Position numbers and translations under genes: made by a program. A stretch of DNA of 64,000 nt, taken from the NCBI GenBank assembly GCA_026770705.1, contig JANJGN010000004.1, positions 173,166,001 to 173,230,000 on the forward strand, given 5' to 3'. This document shows positions 51,891-64,000 of the stretch, in pieces (the stretch's first letter is position 1; each line of letters starts with the position of its first letter). This DNA is from Isurus oxyrinchus. Lineage: Eukaryota. The notes beneath the pieces were generated by a model. The model did not search any database. It saw nothing but the letters and a program-made list of their open reading frames with translations, and was not told the DNA's origin.

Positions 51891-52949
51891 GCGAATCTGA
51901 GTTTTGAGTACAGCTTGATTTGTGAGATTGATGTTTAGGCATCTCAAATGAGATCAATTTATCAATCCCAATTTAGTTTTTGGAAAATGCTGTTTGTTAT
52001 TAATCTACAATTTCAGTAGCATGCCACAGGATGCATGATAGGGGAAAAGACTTGTGCAGTAGAGGTTGCTTTTTTTTAGGGCAGAATACAAGGAGTTTTA
52101 TTTTGCTGTGTCTTGAGCTAAATCTGACCTTGACATATTTGCTGTTAACAGGGTGGCTAAGACTGGAAAATGTTCCATTCCTCAATATCCTACTCTCCTT
52201 GTAAGCTGGCAGAAGTCAAATAGTTTGGCAGCATTAATCTAGAATGATCTCTGCACTCTCAAATGCTGCACCCACTTAGCATACAGAAAGACAAGAAGGG
52301 CATGATGGACTGACAGCAGAAGAATAGATTTAATTTTTTTTAAAAAACAGAAGGCAAAAGAAAAACATATGAGTAAAATGGCATCAATAACTTTTTTTAA
52401 AAACACCTTTGCAGGAAGAAGAAAAGAAGATGGCTAATTGCAGATTAATTCCATGTTGTGGCATACTGAGTGGGGAGCTGCACCTCAGTGTATGTCAGAG
52501 AATCAAGGCTATGATGAATCAGCCCTACATCTGATCTGTACCCACCTTCAATCGTGGTTTGAATCACAGGAATAAATTTGTTAAGCTTTGACTGAAACAG
52601 CAAGGATACAAGAAGAAGTGCTGAAAAAAGAACCTTGGTGTATTTTTTGGGGGAATTATAATTAGGCCTAGCTGGTACCATGCAGAGTGATAATGAGATT
52701 AACCACATACATTTTTTTTTTGTAAGGCAGCAGGTATAAATGAAAAATTAAACACCAGTGATTCAAATTTGAAATTTCAAATCTTTGGGAGGATGGGGAA
52801 AAGACAGAGATCATTAATGAAACATCACAAACAAACTGACTAATTCTGACTGGCCTTGTACCTTGTAACTGCCAAGAACATTGACTTTCTGTTTTGGAAG
52901 AAGATAAAGTCCACTCTAACAAAAACCTTTCACTCTAAATTTTGAAATT

Positions 52950-53385
52950 TTTTGATTGATCCGGCTTCAATAGCTTTTATGAGAGAGTGGTCTAGCTTGC
53001 CACAACCTTTTTTGTGAGAAGCATTTTCTGACATCACCCCTGAATGACTGACCCCTTGATTAGGCTCACTTCACTGGAGGGAATAGCTTCTCCCTATCAA
53101 CATCATCAAACTCTTCAATTGTTTGAAACAACTCAGTTATATCATTCCTGATCTTCCATATTTGAGGGAATACAAGCCAAATTTTAAGCAACCTTCATAA
53201 TTTTAGTTCTGGTAACTCTCTGCTGAATCTGCTCTGTACTCCTGCCAAGGCCAATACGTACCCCCTGATGTGCGGTACCCATACCGAGAGCAGCACTCCA
53301 CACGCAGTCCAATTAGTGCTTTGTTCAACCGAAGCACATCTCCAGCTCCTTTGCATTACAGCTTCCTTGAGAATGAGGCTAGAAA
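52950..53385 (-). mobile_element. Old CR1 3' fragment
   Basis: Antisense CR1 motifs (GGAATAGCTTCTCCCTATC, GAATCTGCTCTGTACTCC, CAGCACTCCA). Confidence 0.55.
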
Positions 53386-53389
53386 AGCG

Positions 53390-53802
53390 AATCCTACATC
53401 ACTGGTTTTCAGCCCACCGACCTCTATGAAGGAATTCCTGATGGGACTTTGATTCTGGGCTCTGGACCTCACGTGAACCAGTTTTTATTTTCTCTGAGGT
53501 CTCTGTACTGTAAAACCTTCTTTTCTCTACCCCTCCCTTTACTGCAGGTGTGTGGAGGGGGGTGTTGTGGACCCTCCTTTACATGGTTTTTGAATGCATG
53601 CAATAAACTAATCTTTTGAGTTCATCCCACCTCAAGTTTGCTGTGAGATTATGAGTAGGAATTGGATCACATAAAAACCAAGGGGTTGGGGAAATATACC
53701 ACAGCTTATTGAAAGGGAAAAATACAAAACATCTCCCTGTTTATGGATGGATAGTGAGAGGAGAAATTAGTGCTGTTTGAACTGAACCCCTCCTGTCCAT
53801 AA
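53390..53802 (+). mobile_element. 3' part of LTR family A
   Basis: Colinear with 4840-5232; AATAAA near 53602; ends CCTCCTGTCCATAAC. Confidence 0.7.
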
Positions 53803-54074
53803 CGATGAGGAAAATGTTTTTGTGCAGCCAGTAGTTAGGATCTAGAATGCACTGCCTGAGTGTGTGGTGGAGGCAGATTCAGTTGCGGCTTTCAAAAAGG
53901 AGTTAAATAATTGCCTGCAGAGAAAACATTGACAGGGCTGTAGAGAAAGGTTAGGGGAGTGGGGTTAGCTGAGTTGCAGAGACCTGGCATGACAAACCTA
54001 ATGGCCTCCTTCTATGCTATGACTATTCAATGATTCCATAATTCCATAGTAGAAAAGGGAGTGTCTATGGACTT

Positions 54075-55278
54075 TAATTTTTTTATTCATCAATGGGATA
54101 TGGGCGTCACTGGCTATACCAGCATTTATTGGCCATCACTAATTGCCCTGAGAAGGAGGTGGTGAGCTGTCCTCTTGAGCCCCTGCAGTCCATGTAGTGG
54201 AGGTACACTCACCGTGCTGTTAGGAGGAGAGTTCCAGGATTTTGACCCAGCAACAATGAAGGAACAATGATATAGTTCCAAGTCAGGATGGTGAAAGGCT
54301 TGGAGAGGAACATCCAGGTGGTGATATTCCCATCTCTCTGCTGCCCTTGCCCTTCTACATGGTAGCAGTCATGGGTTTGGAAGGTGCTGTCTAAGGAGGC
54401 TTGGTGAGTTCCTGCAGTGCATCTTGTAGATGGTACACACTTCTTTGGTGGTGGAGGGAGTGAACATTTGTGGATGGGGTGCCAAATCAAGCGGGCTGCT
54501 TTGCCCTGCATGGTGTCAAGCTTCTTGGTTGTTGCGGGAGCTGTGATCATCCAGGCAAATGGAAAGTATTCCATCACACTCCTGACTTTTGCTTTGTAGA
54601 TGGTGGACAAGCTTTGGGGAATCAGGAGGTAAATTACTTGCCACAGGATTCCTAGCCTCTGACCTGTTCTTGTAGCCACAGTACTCAAAGGGCTAGTCAA
54701 GTTCAGTTTCTGGTCAATGTATCCCCCAAGATGTTGATAGTGGGAGATTCAGCAATGGTAATGCCATTGAATGTCAAGGGGCGATGGTTAGATTCTCTCT
54801 TGTTGGAGATGGTCATTGCCTGGCACTTGTGTGTCGTGAATGTTACTTTCCACTTGTCAGCCCAGGCCTGGATATTGTCCAGGCCTTGCTGCATTTAGAC
54901 ATAGACTGCTTCAGTATCTGAGGAGTTGTGAATGGTGCTGAACATTGTGCAATCATCAGCAAATATCTCCACTTCTGACCTTATGATGGAAGGAAGGTCA
55001 TTGATGAAGCAGCTGAAGATGGTTGGGCCGAGGACACCACCCTGAGGAACTCCTGCAATGATATTCTGGAACTGAGATGCTGACCTCCAACAACCACAAC
55101 CATCTTCCTTTGTGCTAGGTATGACTCCAACCAGCGGAGAGTTTTCCCCTTGATTCCCATTGACTCTATCCTTGCTAGAGCTCCTTGATGCCACGCTAGG
55201 TGAAATGCTGCCTTGATGTCAAGGGCAATCACTCTCACCTCACCTCTGGAGTTCAGCTCTTTTCCCCATGTTTGAGCA
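54075..55278 (-). mobile_element. 5'-truncated copy of the tRNA-headed LINE family (RT to 3' tail)
   Basis: RVIALDIKAAF, AGVPQGGVLGPTIFSCFINDLP, IFADDCTMF, DNIQAWADKW, RSVMEYFP; shared tail. Confidence 0.92.
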
Positions 55279-55811
55279 TTGATTCATTCCTATATTAGCT
55301 ACTAGTCACTTCATACTCTCTCTTTGCTTCTCTTGTTTCTTCTTCCATTCCCCCTCTGAACTTTCTATATTGAGTTTGGTTCTCACTTGTATTATCAACC
55401 CGACATTTGTCTATTCATCTTTCTACCGCTTCACCTTACTGTTGATTTCTTTCATCTTCCAGGGGAGCTCTAACATTGTTTGTCCTTCCCCCCTTTGTGG
55501 GAGTGTACTTTCACTGTACCTGAACAATCTTCTCTTTAAAGGCAGCCCAATGCTCCGTTACAGGTTTGCCTGCTGACCTTTGATTCTAATTTTCCTGGGC
55601 CAGCTCCGTTCTCACCCCACATAAATTAGCCCCGATGAATTACCTTAGCTTCAGATTGCTCCTTGTCCTTTTTCATAGCTAACCAAAACTTTACGACACA
55701 AGATCACTGTCCCCCGAATGTTCCCCCGTTGACTGGTGATTACTTGATCCACATAATTTCCCAGATCAAGGTCCAACAATGCCTCCTTCCTCATTGGGTC
55801 AGAAATGCATT

Positions 55812-55928
55812 GGGTGGAATTTTACAGCCCCATTGCAGCAGGGGTTGGGCCATAAATGTGGCAAGCCATTCAAAAGTGCATTGTCTTTGGCAGGATTAGA
55901 AAATCATGCCAGCAGGAGAATTCCACCC
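55812..55928. mobile_element. 117-bp mini-MITE (Harbinger-like TIRs)
   Basis: GGGTGGAATTTT ... AGAATTCCACCC; internal AGCCATTCAAAAGT shared with 56410-56588. Confidence 0.65.
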
Positions 55929-56374
55929 ACTGATCTAGAAAATTACACTGAATGCTCTCCAGAAAATCTTCAACCTCTTTGCCGTTTTTATTCTTATTAT
56001 CCCTGTCTATATTAGGATAATTGAAGGTCCCCATTATAAGCACTCTATTGTTTTTGCACCTCTCTGTAAGCTTCTTGCAAATTTCTTCCCCACTATTTGG
56101 TGGCCTACAGAATACATCCAGTAGTGCAGCGGTACCTTAATTATTTCTTAGCACAAATCAATTTGATAGTGTATTTGACCCCTTCAGGGCACCCTTGCTC
56201 TTCAGCTACAGTAATATTCTCCCCAATTAATGCTGCCACCCCTCCTCCTTTCTTTACTCCCCTATGATAAAAAATTCAATTGGGTTTGTTACACACAATT
56301 TCCCCTTTATAAATCTATAGTGACTCTCTATGTCAAAGCACCAACAGATAGATTTTTTTTACTTCAGGACCAGT

Positions 56375-56665
56375 CCCATACTGATGACAGGTCATTGACC
56401 TGAAGCCTTGGCTCAGATTTTATGGCTTCCTCTGCAACAGGGGCAGGTCCAGAAAATGCAGCGAGCCATTCAAAAGTCAATTGACTTCGGTGGGACCAGA
56501 AGACACCCCCACCCACACCCCGCCACCCCCCCACCCACCCCGACACCCCCCACCCAACCCCCCAGGGGGAGGGGCCAGAAAATTCCCTTAACTTTCCTTC
56601 TCTCCCCACAGATGATACCAGAACTGCTGAGCAATTCCAACATTTGCTGATTTTATTTCAATTCT
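56375..56665 (+). mobile_element. Penelope pLTR fragment with a hammerhead core, interrupted by a mini-MITE (about 56410-56588)
   Basis: CTGATGA CAGGTCATTGACCT GAA, then the insert, then TTAACTTTCCTTCTCTCCCCACAGATG. Confidence 0.65.
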
Positions 56666-57079
56666 GCTCTCTCCACATCAGGATTCTGAGAAAGAATCTG
56701 ACATGGTAAGAGAGGGATGTCAGTTTGGCTGGCACTACATGGATGATTTTTTGATTTTTTTTGCTTCTTGCATGAAAATTATTGATTGAAAAATTGTGTG
56801 GAGTCCAATTTTGTAAATATGCTCATTGCCGGTAATGAGAATTCATACCTCTCACATATTGCTGCTAACTAATTCTACTGAGCATTTTTCTTTTAAATTG
56901 CACGGCTAAATATTTTATTTTCTCTGATTTCCTCAGGCACAACTGAAAGTCAAAGATAATTAAGTTGTAAAGGTCACAGCACAGCCCATTAGAGACCACT
57001 TATCATGGTTCAGGTCTTGCCTTCTGAAGATTTGTGTGATTTTATTCATATTTGCTGGCTCCAAGAACCATGCTGGGTC

Positions 57080-58870
57080 ATAAGATCATAAGAAATAGAA
57101 GCAAGAGTAGGCTATTTGGTCCTTCAAGCCTGTTCCACCATTCAATAAGATGGTGACTGAACCAATTGTGGCCTTAACTTCACTTTCCTGCCTTTTCCCC
57201 ATAACCCTTGACTTCACTGTAGATCAAAAATCTGTTTAACTCAGCCTTAAGTATGTTCAATAACCCAGCCTCCATCTGTTGTGGGAAAGAGAATTCCAAA
57301 GACCAATGACCCTCTGAAAGAAGAAATTCCTCTTCGATGCCAACTCAAATTGCAGACCCCTTTCTTTTAAACTGTGTCCCCTAGTTCCAGATTACCCCAT
57401 GAAATGAAACATCCTCTCAGCATTTACCCTGTCAAGCCCCCTCAGAATTGTATATGTTTTACAGGAACATATGGAATAGGAGCAGGAGTAGGCCATTCAA
57501 CCCCATGAACATACTCCGCCATTCAACTAAATCATGACTGATCTTCTACCTCAATGCTATCTCCCCGCCATGTCCCTTTATCCTTTGATGCCTTTAATGT
57601 CTAAAAATCTGTCAACCTCTGTGCTGAACATACTCAATGACTGAGCCTCGACAGCCCTCTGAAGTAGAGAATTCCAAAGATTCACTACCCTTTGAGTGAA
57701 GAAATTCATCCTCATCTCATTCCTAAATGGCCTCTCCCTTATTCTGAACCGTGGTTCGAGAAACCACCATCCCCGGGAAACATGATTCCTTCTGTACTCT
57801 GTTGAGTGCCGCAAGAATTTTGTACATTTGAATGAGATCGCCTCTCATTCTTCTGAACTCAAGAGAATACAGGCCTAGTCTCCTCAATCTCTCCTCAAAG
57901 GACAATCCCAATGCCCCAGGAATCAGTCTGGTGAACCTTCAATGCACTTTCTCTATGGCAAGTAGATCCTTCCTTAGGTAAGGGGGCCAAAACAGTACAC
58001 AGTACTCAAAGTGCGGTCTCAGCAAGGCTCTATACACCTGCAGCAAAACATCTTTAGTCCTGCACTCAAATCCTCTTGCAATAAAAGCCAACATACCATT
58101 TGCTAATTGCTTTCTGCACCTGCATGTTAGTTTTCAGTGACTCTTGAACAAATACACCCAGGTCCCTTTGGACTTCAGCATTTCCTATCTCTCACCATTT
58201 AAGGAATACACTGCATTTTCTGTTTTTCCTACCAGAGTGGATAACTTCAGATTTTTCCACATTATAATCCATCTGCCTTGTTCTTGCCCACTCACTTAGC
58301 CTGTCTAAATCCCCTGAAGGTTCTATGAATGCTCCTCGCAACTCAGGTTCCTACCCAGTTTCGTCAGCAGCAAATTTGGAAATATTACAATTTATCCCTA
58401 CATCTAAATCTTAGATTTTTTTAAAAAAAATGTTTGTGGGATGTGGGCGTTGCTAGCTAGGCCAACATTTATTGTCTATCCCTAATTGCCCTTGTTCAGA
58501 AGGCATTTTAAGAGTCAACCACATGTTGTGGGCCTGGAGTCACATGTAGCCCAGGTAAGGACAGCAGATTTTCTTCCCTAAGAAGGCATTAGTGAACCAG
58601 ATGGATTTTTCTGACAATTGGCAATGGTTTCATGATCATCATCAGACTTTTTTACTTCCAGATTTTTTTTGAATTCAAACTTCACCATCTGCTGCAGTGG
58701 GATTCAAACCTGGGTCCCCAGAGCATCACCCTGCATCTCTGGAATACCAGTCCAGTGATAACAATACCATTCCACTCTTTCCCCTTTAGATTGTGAATTG
58801 CTGGGGCCTAAGCACCGATCCTTGTAGGACCCTATTAGTCACAGCATGTCACCTTGAGAATAGCCCATTT
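57080..58870 (-). mobile_element. CR1 3' regions (two stacked tails plus RT C-terminus); further antisense CR1 sequence after 60200
   Basis: GLSFEERLRRLGLYSLEFRRMRGDLIQMYKIL; FFTQRVVNLWNSLLQRAVEA. Confidence 0.88.
58417..58775 (-). mobile_element. tRNA-headed SINE nested in CR1
   Basis: Full reverse complement of the head (GGGATTCAAACC), body and tail. Confidence 0.88.
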
Positions 58871-58877
58871 CTTCCCC

Positions 58878-60200
58878 ATTTCAGAATTTTCTGACCCTGT
58901 TGGTGTCTGGCATTATGGCTGGGGGTGGGGGAGTCAGGAGGAGCACAATGTGGCGAGAAAGCCAAAAATCGGTTTGACGCTGTCGTGAATCCAGTTTGCG
59001 ATCGTCTGCTCCACCCGTCAATGGCGGGCTATGTTTCCCACCGCCGCATATCAGGAACTTAATTTCAATACTTCAGCATCTCATTATAAGCCCCGCTAGT
59101 CAGAATCATCCTTCCATGCTGGATCATCCAGGCAAGTTGGCGCGATTGCACACCAACATGTTTTACAACTGCACATAAGTAACATGCACCTGGCGAGCTG
59201 CTACTCGCTCAGGGCTTTGAGATTTGTTTGCCTACCTTGCTTCAGGCAGCACTCACGGTCATCAGCGCCAGGCTTCACAGGCAGCACCATATCACTTTTA
59301 GGGGGACTCGCGGACATGTCTCTACCTACCAGACCAGCCGTAAGGCAGGGGTGGCTTTTCAATGGCTGCAGGACTAGCGCTTTCTTGGGGAAGGGGGAGA
59401 AGCAGCCTCGGGCAAGGGAAGAGGCTGCAGGGTGAGGGCTGTGCTAGGGAAGGTGGGCATCAGAGGGTGTGTGTGGGGGCACATGTTGATCTGTGCAAGT
59501 GACCTCAAGATGGTGAGGGATGAGGAGGCAGTCTCCAGAGGAGATGTGGTCAGATGGAGATATGAGGGTATGTGTGTGAGAGAGTGAGTGGTGATGTCCC
59601 TTGAGCCGGCCTTGAGTGAGATGCCAGTGAATGGGTACTGGGCTAGCAAGTGTGTGAGTTTGGAATGATAAGATGGTAGCCTTACCCTGGCAGCACAGAT
59701 GAGGTCATTCATCTGGCTTGTGCACAGGATGGCTGACCTCTTATGTGCAGCATTGGCACTGACCAGCTCTGCCACCGTCTTCCAAGCCGGAGTGGCGAGA
59801 CTGATGGGCCTCCTGCAGCCAAAGCGGGGGGTGGCGGACATCGCAGCGAACATCCATGGCATCTAGAAGGCATCCCAGGGATGTGTCACTGAATCGGGGG
59901 CGGGGGTTGCTGCACTCTGCTCGGCATTTGGCGCCATGTCTTCACCGATGCCCTCCTAGGTTGCAAACACTGAAAATTACGCGCGCAGCTGCGGTTTAAA
60001 TATGGCGCCCTGCATGAGGAAGTGGTGAGGTAATGGCGTGGCAGGCATATCAGAGGCCATCCACCCGCGAGACAGCTGCATAATTAATGAGGCGGGAATG
60101 GGACGATACAGCTCGAAACCCCATCATTACAGAAAGTGGGTAAAACAACTTTTTTCCCACCCACTACCACACTTTGTGCAAATCTGAGACAATTCCGTTC
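58878..60200 (-). mobile_element. Non-autonomous PIF/Harbinger element carrying a Myb/SANT-like gene remnant
   Basis: Decayed TIRs CAGAATTTTC / GACAATTCCGTTC; inserted in CR1; CpG-rich 5' region. Confidence 0.7.
59686..59937 (-). pseudogene. Frameshifted first exon of a Harbinger Myb/SANT-like DNA-binding protein
   Basis: MAPNAE../PRFSDTSLGCLLDAMDVRCDV/..AWKTVAELVSANAAHKRSAILCTSQMNDLICAAR, ending at the donor AGG|GTAAG; TATTTAAA about 60 nt upstream of the ATG. Confidence 0.7.
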
Positions 60201-61196
60201 TATGTTTCCTGTCTGTTAACCATGTGCCCTAAGACAATAATAGGTTAATAAGAAGATCCCATTCTTCTAAACTCCAATGAGTATAGGCCTGATCTGCTCA
60301 ACCTTCCCTCATACAGTAACACCTTTATCCCAGGAATCAACCTAGTGAACCTTCTCTGAAGTGCTTCTAATGTAAGTATGTCCTTCCTTCAGGTAAGGAG
60401 ACCAAAGCTCTCCAGGTGCAGTCGCACTATTACCCTGTAAAGCTGTAGATCCCTTACACAGTTTGGAACTGATTCCACCACAAACACTTCTGACTTGAAG
60501 ACATCAAGTTCCACAGAAAAACAAGTAACTGCTGCCAGATCATGTAGTATGGTCCCTTGCTGCACATAAACTTTCATTCTACTTTGATAACTGACTCTAG
60601 AATGTTGCTAGAGCTTTGGATGGCCAGATGTCCATTTTAGGTCCACTTTAAGAACAAAATACTTCTAGGAATCTGAAGCGAATAGTGCTGGTTGACATGG
60701 TAACTTAATTTACTCCAGAGTTAAATCCAATCTCAAATCACTAGACAGGCAAGAACAGACTTTAGTTACCACATTCACTATACTCATCTTGAAGCCCTCT
60801 TATGGTACAGGCTGATCTGCAAAACTGTTATGTCACAACAAAAATAATTTTCCATACATAAGCCTGCATTTTCATGAAACAAAACATATGTCTGCATATT
60901 TTACATTGTTTGCTTTCTGGACCAGAGAGGTTGATTCGCATTGTATTAACAATCATCACATTATTAAAAAGGTACTTGCAGTCTTAGTTACGATGTGCTG
61001 AGTTCAGTGGTCAATTGGTGTGGAAATCCAGCAAGTTCTGGAAAAGTAGCAGGGAGGTTGATGGTGATATGCTGTTTTAGTGGGGCAAACACTGAAGAAG
61101 CGTAAATCGACCAGCAATTTAGAGGATGAGCAATTTATGGCATTTCCCTAAATCACTGAACTTGCTGGCTGATTTGCATATTAGTAGCTGTCACAA

Positions 61197-61555
61197 GGGA
61201 GGCAGTGACATCGTGGTATTGTCACTGGACTAGTAACCCAGAGACTCAGGGTAATGCATTGGGAGTCTGGGTTTGAATCCCACCGCAGCAGATGGTGGAA
61301 CTTGAATTCGATAAACATTTGGAATTAAAAGTCTGATGATGGCCTCAAAACCATTGCCAATTGTTGTAAAAATCCACCTGGTTCACAAATGTCCTTTAGG
61401 GAAGGAAATCTGCTGTCCTTACCTGGTCTGGCCTACATGTGACTCATGACTGACAGCAATAAGGTTGACTCATAAATTGCCCTCTGAACAATTAGGGATG
61501 GAGATAAAGGCTGACCTCGCTGGACCCATATCCCATGAACAAATAAAAAAAAAAT
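61197..61555 (+). mobile_element. tRNA-headed SINE (short-body variant)
   Basis: Head GGCAGTGACATCGTGGTATTG...GGTTTGAATCCC, shared body, tail and poly-A. Confidence 0.88.
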
Positions 61556-61618
61556 TAACATGCCCTTATTTTTCCACTAAGGAAAGCAGAAATGTTCTTG
61601 GAGCATATTGTCAACAGT

Positions 61619-62448
61619 ATTACGTCCCTTGGCCAAACACTGAGACGTGGGGTGGAGATCTGGTTAAGGACCAATAATGCCTTGTTTAAAGTAGATAAAG
61701 GTTGAGATTAAAGTTTTATGCTTTTGGAAGAAAGCCATAAGATTCCACAGGTTTTAAACAAAAAAAAGCAAACACAAGTTCAGGAAGGGAAAATAATTTA
61801 CAATATTTATCTCATACTCTAACATGCAGGGTAAGTTTGAGGTACATGTGAATTAACAGATGAACTATGGTCAAACGCACCACACTGTAGAGTAAATGAC
61901 AGATGCAACCAAGACAGAGTCCATGGATTTCTCAAGAACCCACAAAGACTTCAATAAACACCAAGTCAAACAATCTCGTTGAATCTCTGTCTCATGAGGG
62001 TTCCCAGCTCCACCCTTAAAGATCTCTCCTTGGCGTTCCCTCCAAAAGTCACTCCCATTTGGACGGCTTGAACAATGGTCTACCTCACAGAGTTTCAATC
62101 TTGCCTTCCATGATTCCTTCTCCCTGGATTCCCGAGTAACCTCAACACTAACTTACAAGCATTCTTTCAGATCTATTGTCGTGCCAAGCAGGACACCACT
62201 GCTCTAAAGGGATACCTTTGTCCCAACAACCCTCTTTACTTAAAGTCTGCTACCTGCAGCCTGTTTTCTAACTTCATAACTTAACTGGGACCTGTTCCTG
62301 TCCCTGCCTCTGTGACACTTGCAGGTTGACTTCCTGAAACTGACTGCTTCAAGAAGTTCTGTTCACTCACCCTTGAACTGATCTGTTGACCTACCAAAAC
62401 ACTCCCAGAGGCTCCCACTCATGTTACTAGGCAGGAACCAATGTAACA
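61619..62448 (-). mobile_element. Diverged LTR related to family B
   Basis: GGTCAAACGCACCACACTGTAGAGTAAATGACAGATGCAACC matches the reverse complement of 44460-44505; no clear TSD. Confidence 0.5.
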
Positions 62449-64000
62449 AGCATTGGAATATCCTGTACCTTAAATGTTGTATTCTCCACAGACTGTTCAT
62501 TTAACACCCAGGGATACAATGAATTGAATTCATAACAACAGTCAAATTGGAGCAACACGTTTGAATGCCTCTCCCTCTTTATTGTCCAAGCTAGTACAAT
62601 GGATGATTAGAAGGTATCCTTCAAAATTAAAGCCTTCCAACATATAATTATTTCCATTATCCATAGACTAGAGATAAAAAGAACTTGCATATGTAAAATT
62701 TTTCCACAAGCAAAGCTGAGCAAAACAACATTTGACTTAATTACATTTGATTCCCAAAGTCATGTATTCACTTTACATGCAGATTTTCAATACAAAGGGA
62801 TAAAGGAAATCTCAGAATACAGCTGCTATGGCTTACATTTTTATCAATTCCCTGATCTTGCTACAAGTGCATATCAAAGTTAAAAAAAATAGAAATTCTT
62901 GTGGCTTAAAACTGGAAAAATCAACTTTTGTCACTTCTACTTTGATGGAGTGCCATACACAATGGGTCCACAGTTCTCTTGCTGGTTAAGTAAATATTAA
63001 GTCATTAAAATCAGGGACATGAAATTCCATGGAGGTGCTGCCAGTGTCCGGAGAAGAATCAGAACACTGGAGGAATCCCAAGGAAAATGCAATACAGAAG
63101 GAAAGAATAGTTCAAAATGTTCAAATCCCAGTAAAAATGATTAATACTGGCAACAGTAATACTGGAGTTCCATTTTAAGGTATACAAGACCAGGACAAGT
63201 TTTACCTCATTTCTAAGCTTTACTGGTTTTTCCTTTTGTGAAGTGGTCCACACCATTTCCAGGACTTCCTTGATGTCTTTTCATGGGGCATTTGTGCATG
63301 TTTAATAAGGACACTGACTGGGAGGAAACCAGGCAAGAAGGCTCAACCACTTACATTTAAAAACAAAAATTCCACCAGATCAACTGCCTTGTGTGAAGGA
63401 ATGAGGAAGAGGTCACTCAGGTTGGGACAGGTGGTTTAGTCAATCCTCCAGTCCCCAAGTGCACACTAAACCTGGAATTTGCATTGCAAGCAGGTGCCTC
63501 AGATAGTCCCATAGATTTCTTTGTGTCATCTGCCATTTGCTGTTGGAGTGTCTTCTCATTAGTTCCAAACACTTTGGCAGGTTGGTGCTGGCAGGCATCA
63601 CTGACAGCAATATGGCCATAACTGCGGGGATAGTGACCCAAGGAATTTCAGGGCCTGTGCCTTTAACATGGCCAAGGTCCAAGAATTTCATTTGTTCTAA
63701 GTGTGGAAATTGGAAGCATAAAAATGAAGCAGTTCTTTCTAATAGATAATATATTGAAGGACAAATAAGATAGTTAAAAATAAGAATTATTTTTTAGCCA
63801 TGGACCAGAGACACAGCTACTCTGGGACAGACAGACGGGGCACATATGGGTGAAAAGACCTAGTCCCTGGAGGAAACAGATGAATGGGCTACCCCAGGGG
63901 TCTTTCTTAATCCAGCCTTGTTCAACTTGAACACTAAGGACCTATTCCAACCCAGCCCAAGAAGTTTATTTATGCAGATGACATATGCTGTGGCCTCCAG

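Noticed and set aside
63000-63760. Short overlapping ORFs as host exons
   Set aside because: No recognisable motif or consistent splice structure, and frequent stops in all frames.

Overview
Eukaryotic, repeat-dense vertebrate DNA, very probably a cartilaginous fish (shark-like). The basis is the mix of CR1 LINEs, Deu-domain SINEs, Penelope-like elements, Tx1, RTE, Gypsy-type LTRs and Harbinger-type MITEs. I found no convincing host protein-coding exon: every recognisable ORF is a decayed transposon fragment, so this is probably intergenic or deep intronic sequence. The most notable observation is a near full-length, ORF1-less APE-RT LINE (about 21350-24575, minus strand). Its 5' end is a tRNA-derived A/B-box head, its sense strand is almost free of TTTT (Pol III terminator) runs, and the abundant local tRNA-SINEs look like its internal-deletion derivatives. 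This suggests a Pol III-driven LINE/SINE system. Other points of interest are a head-to-tail triple array of Tx1 3' ends, hammerhead-ribozyme remnants in Penelope termini (one split by a MITE), a Harbinger element with a Myb/SANT pseudo-exon, and several resolvable nested insertions. All coordinates were read by eye and boundaries are approximate unless a TSD or TIR is quoted.
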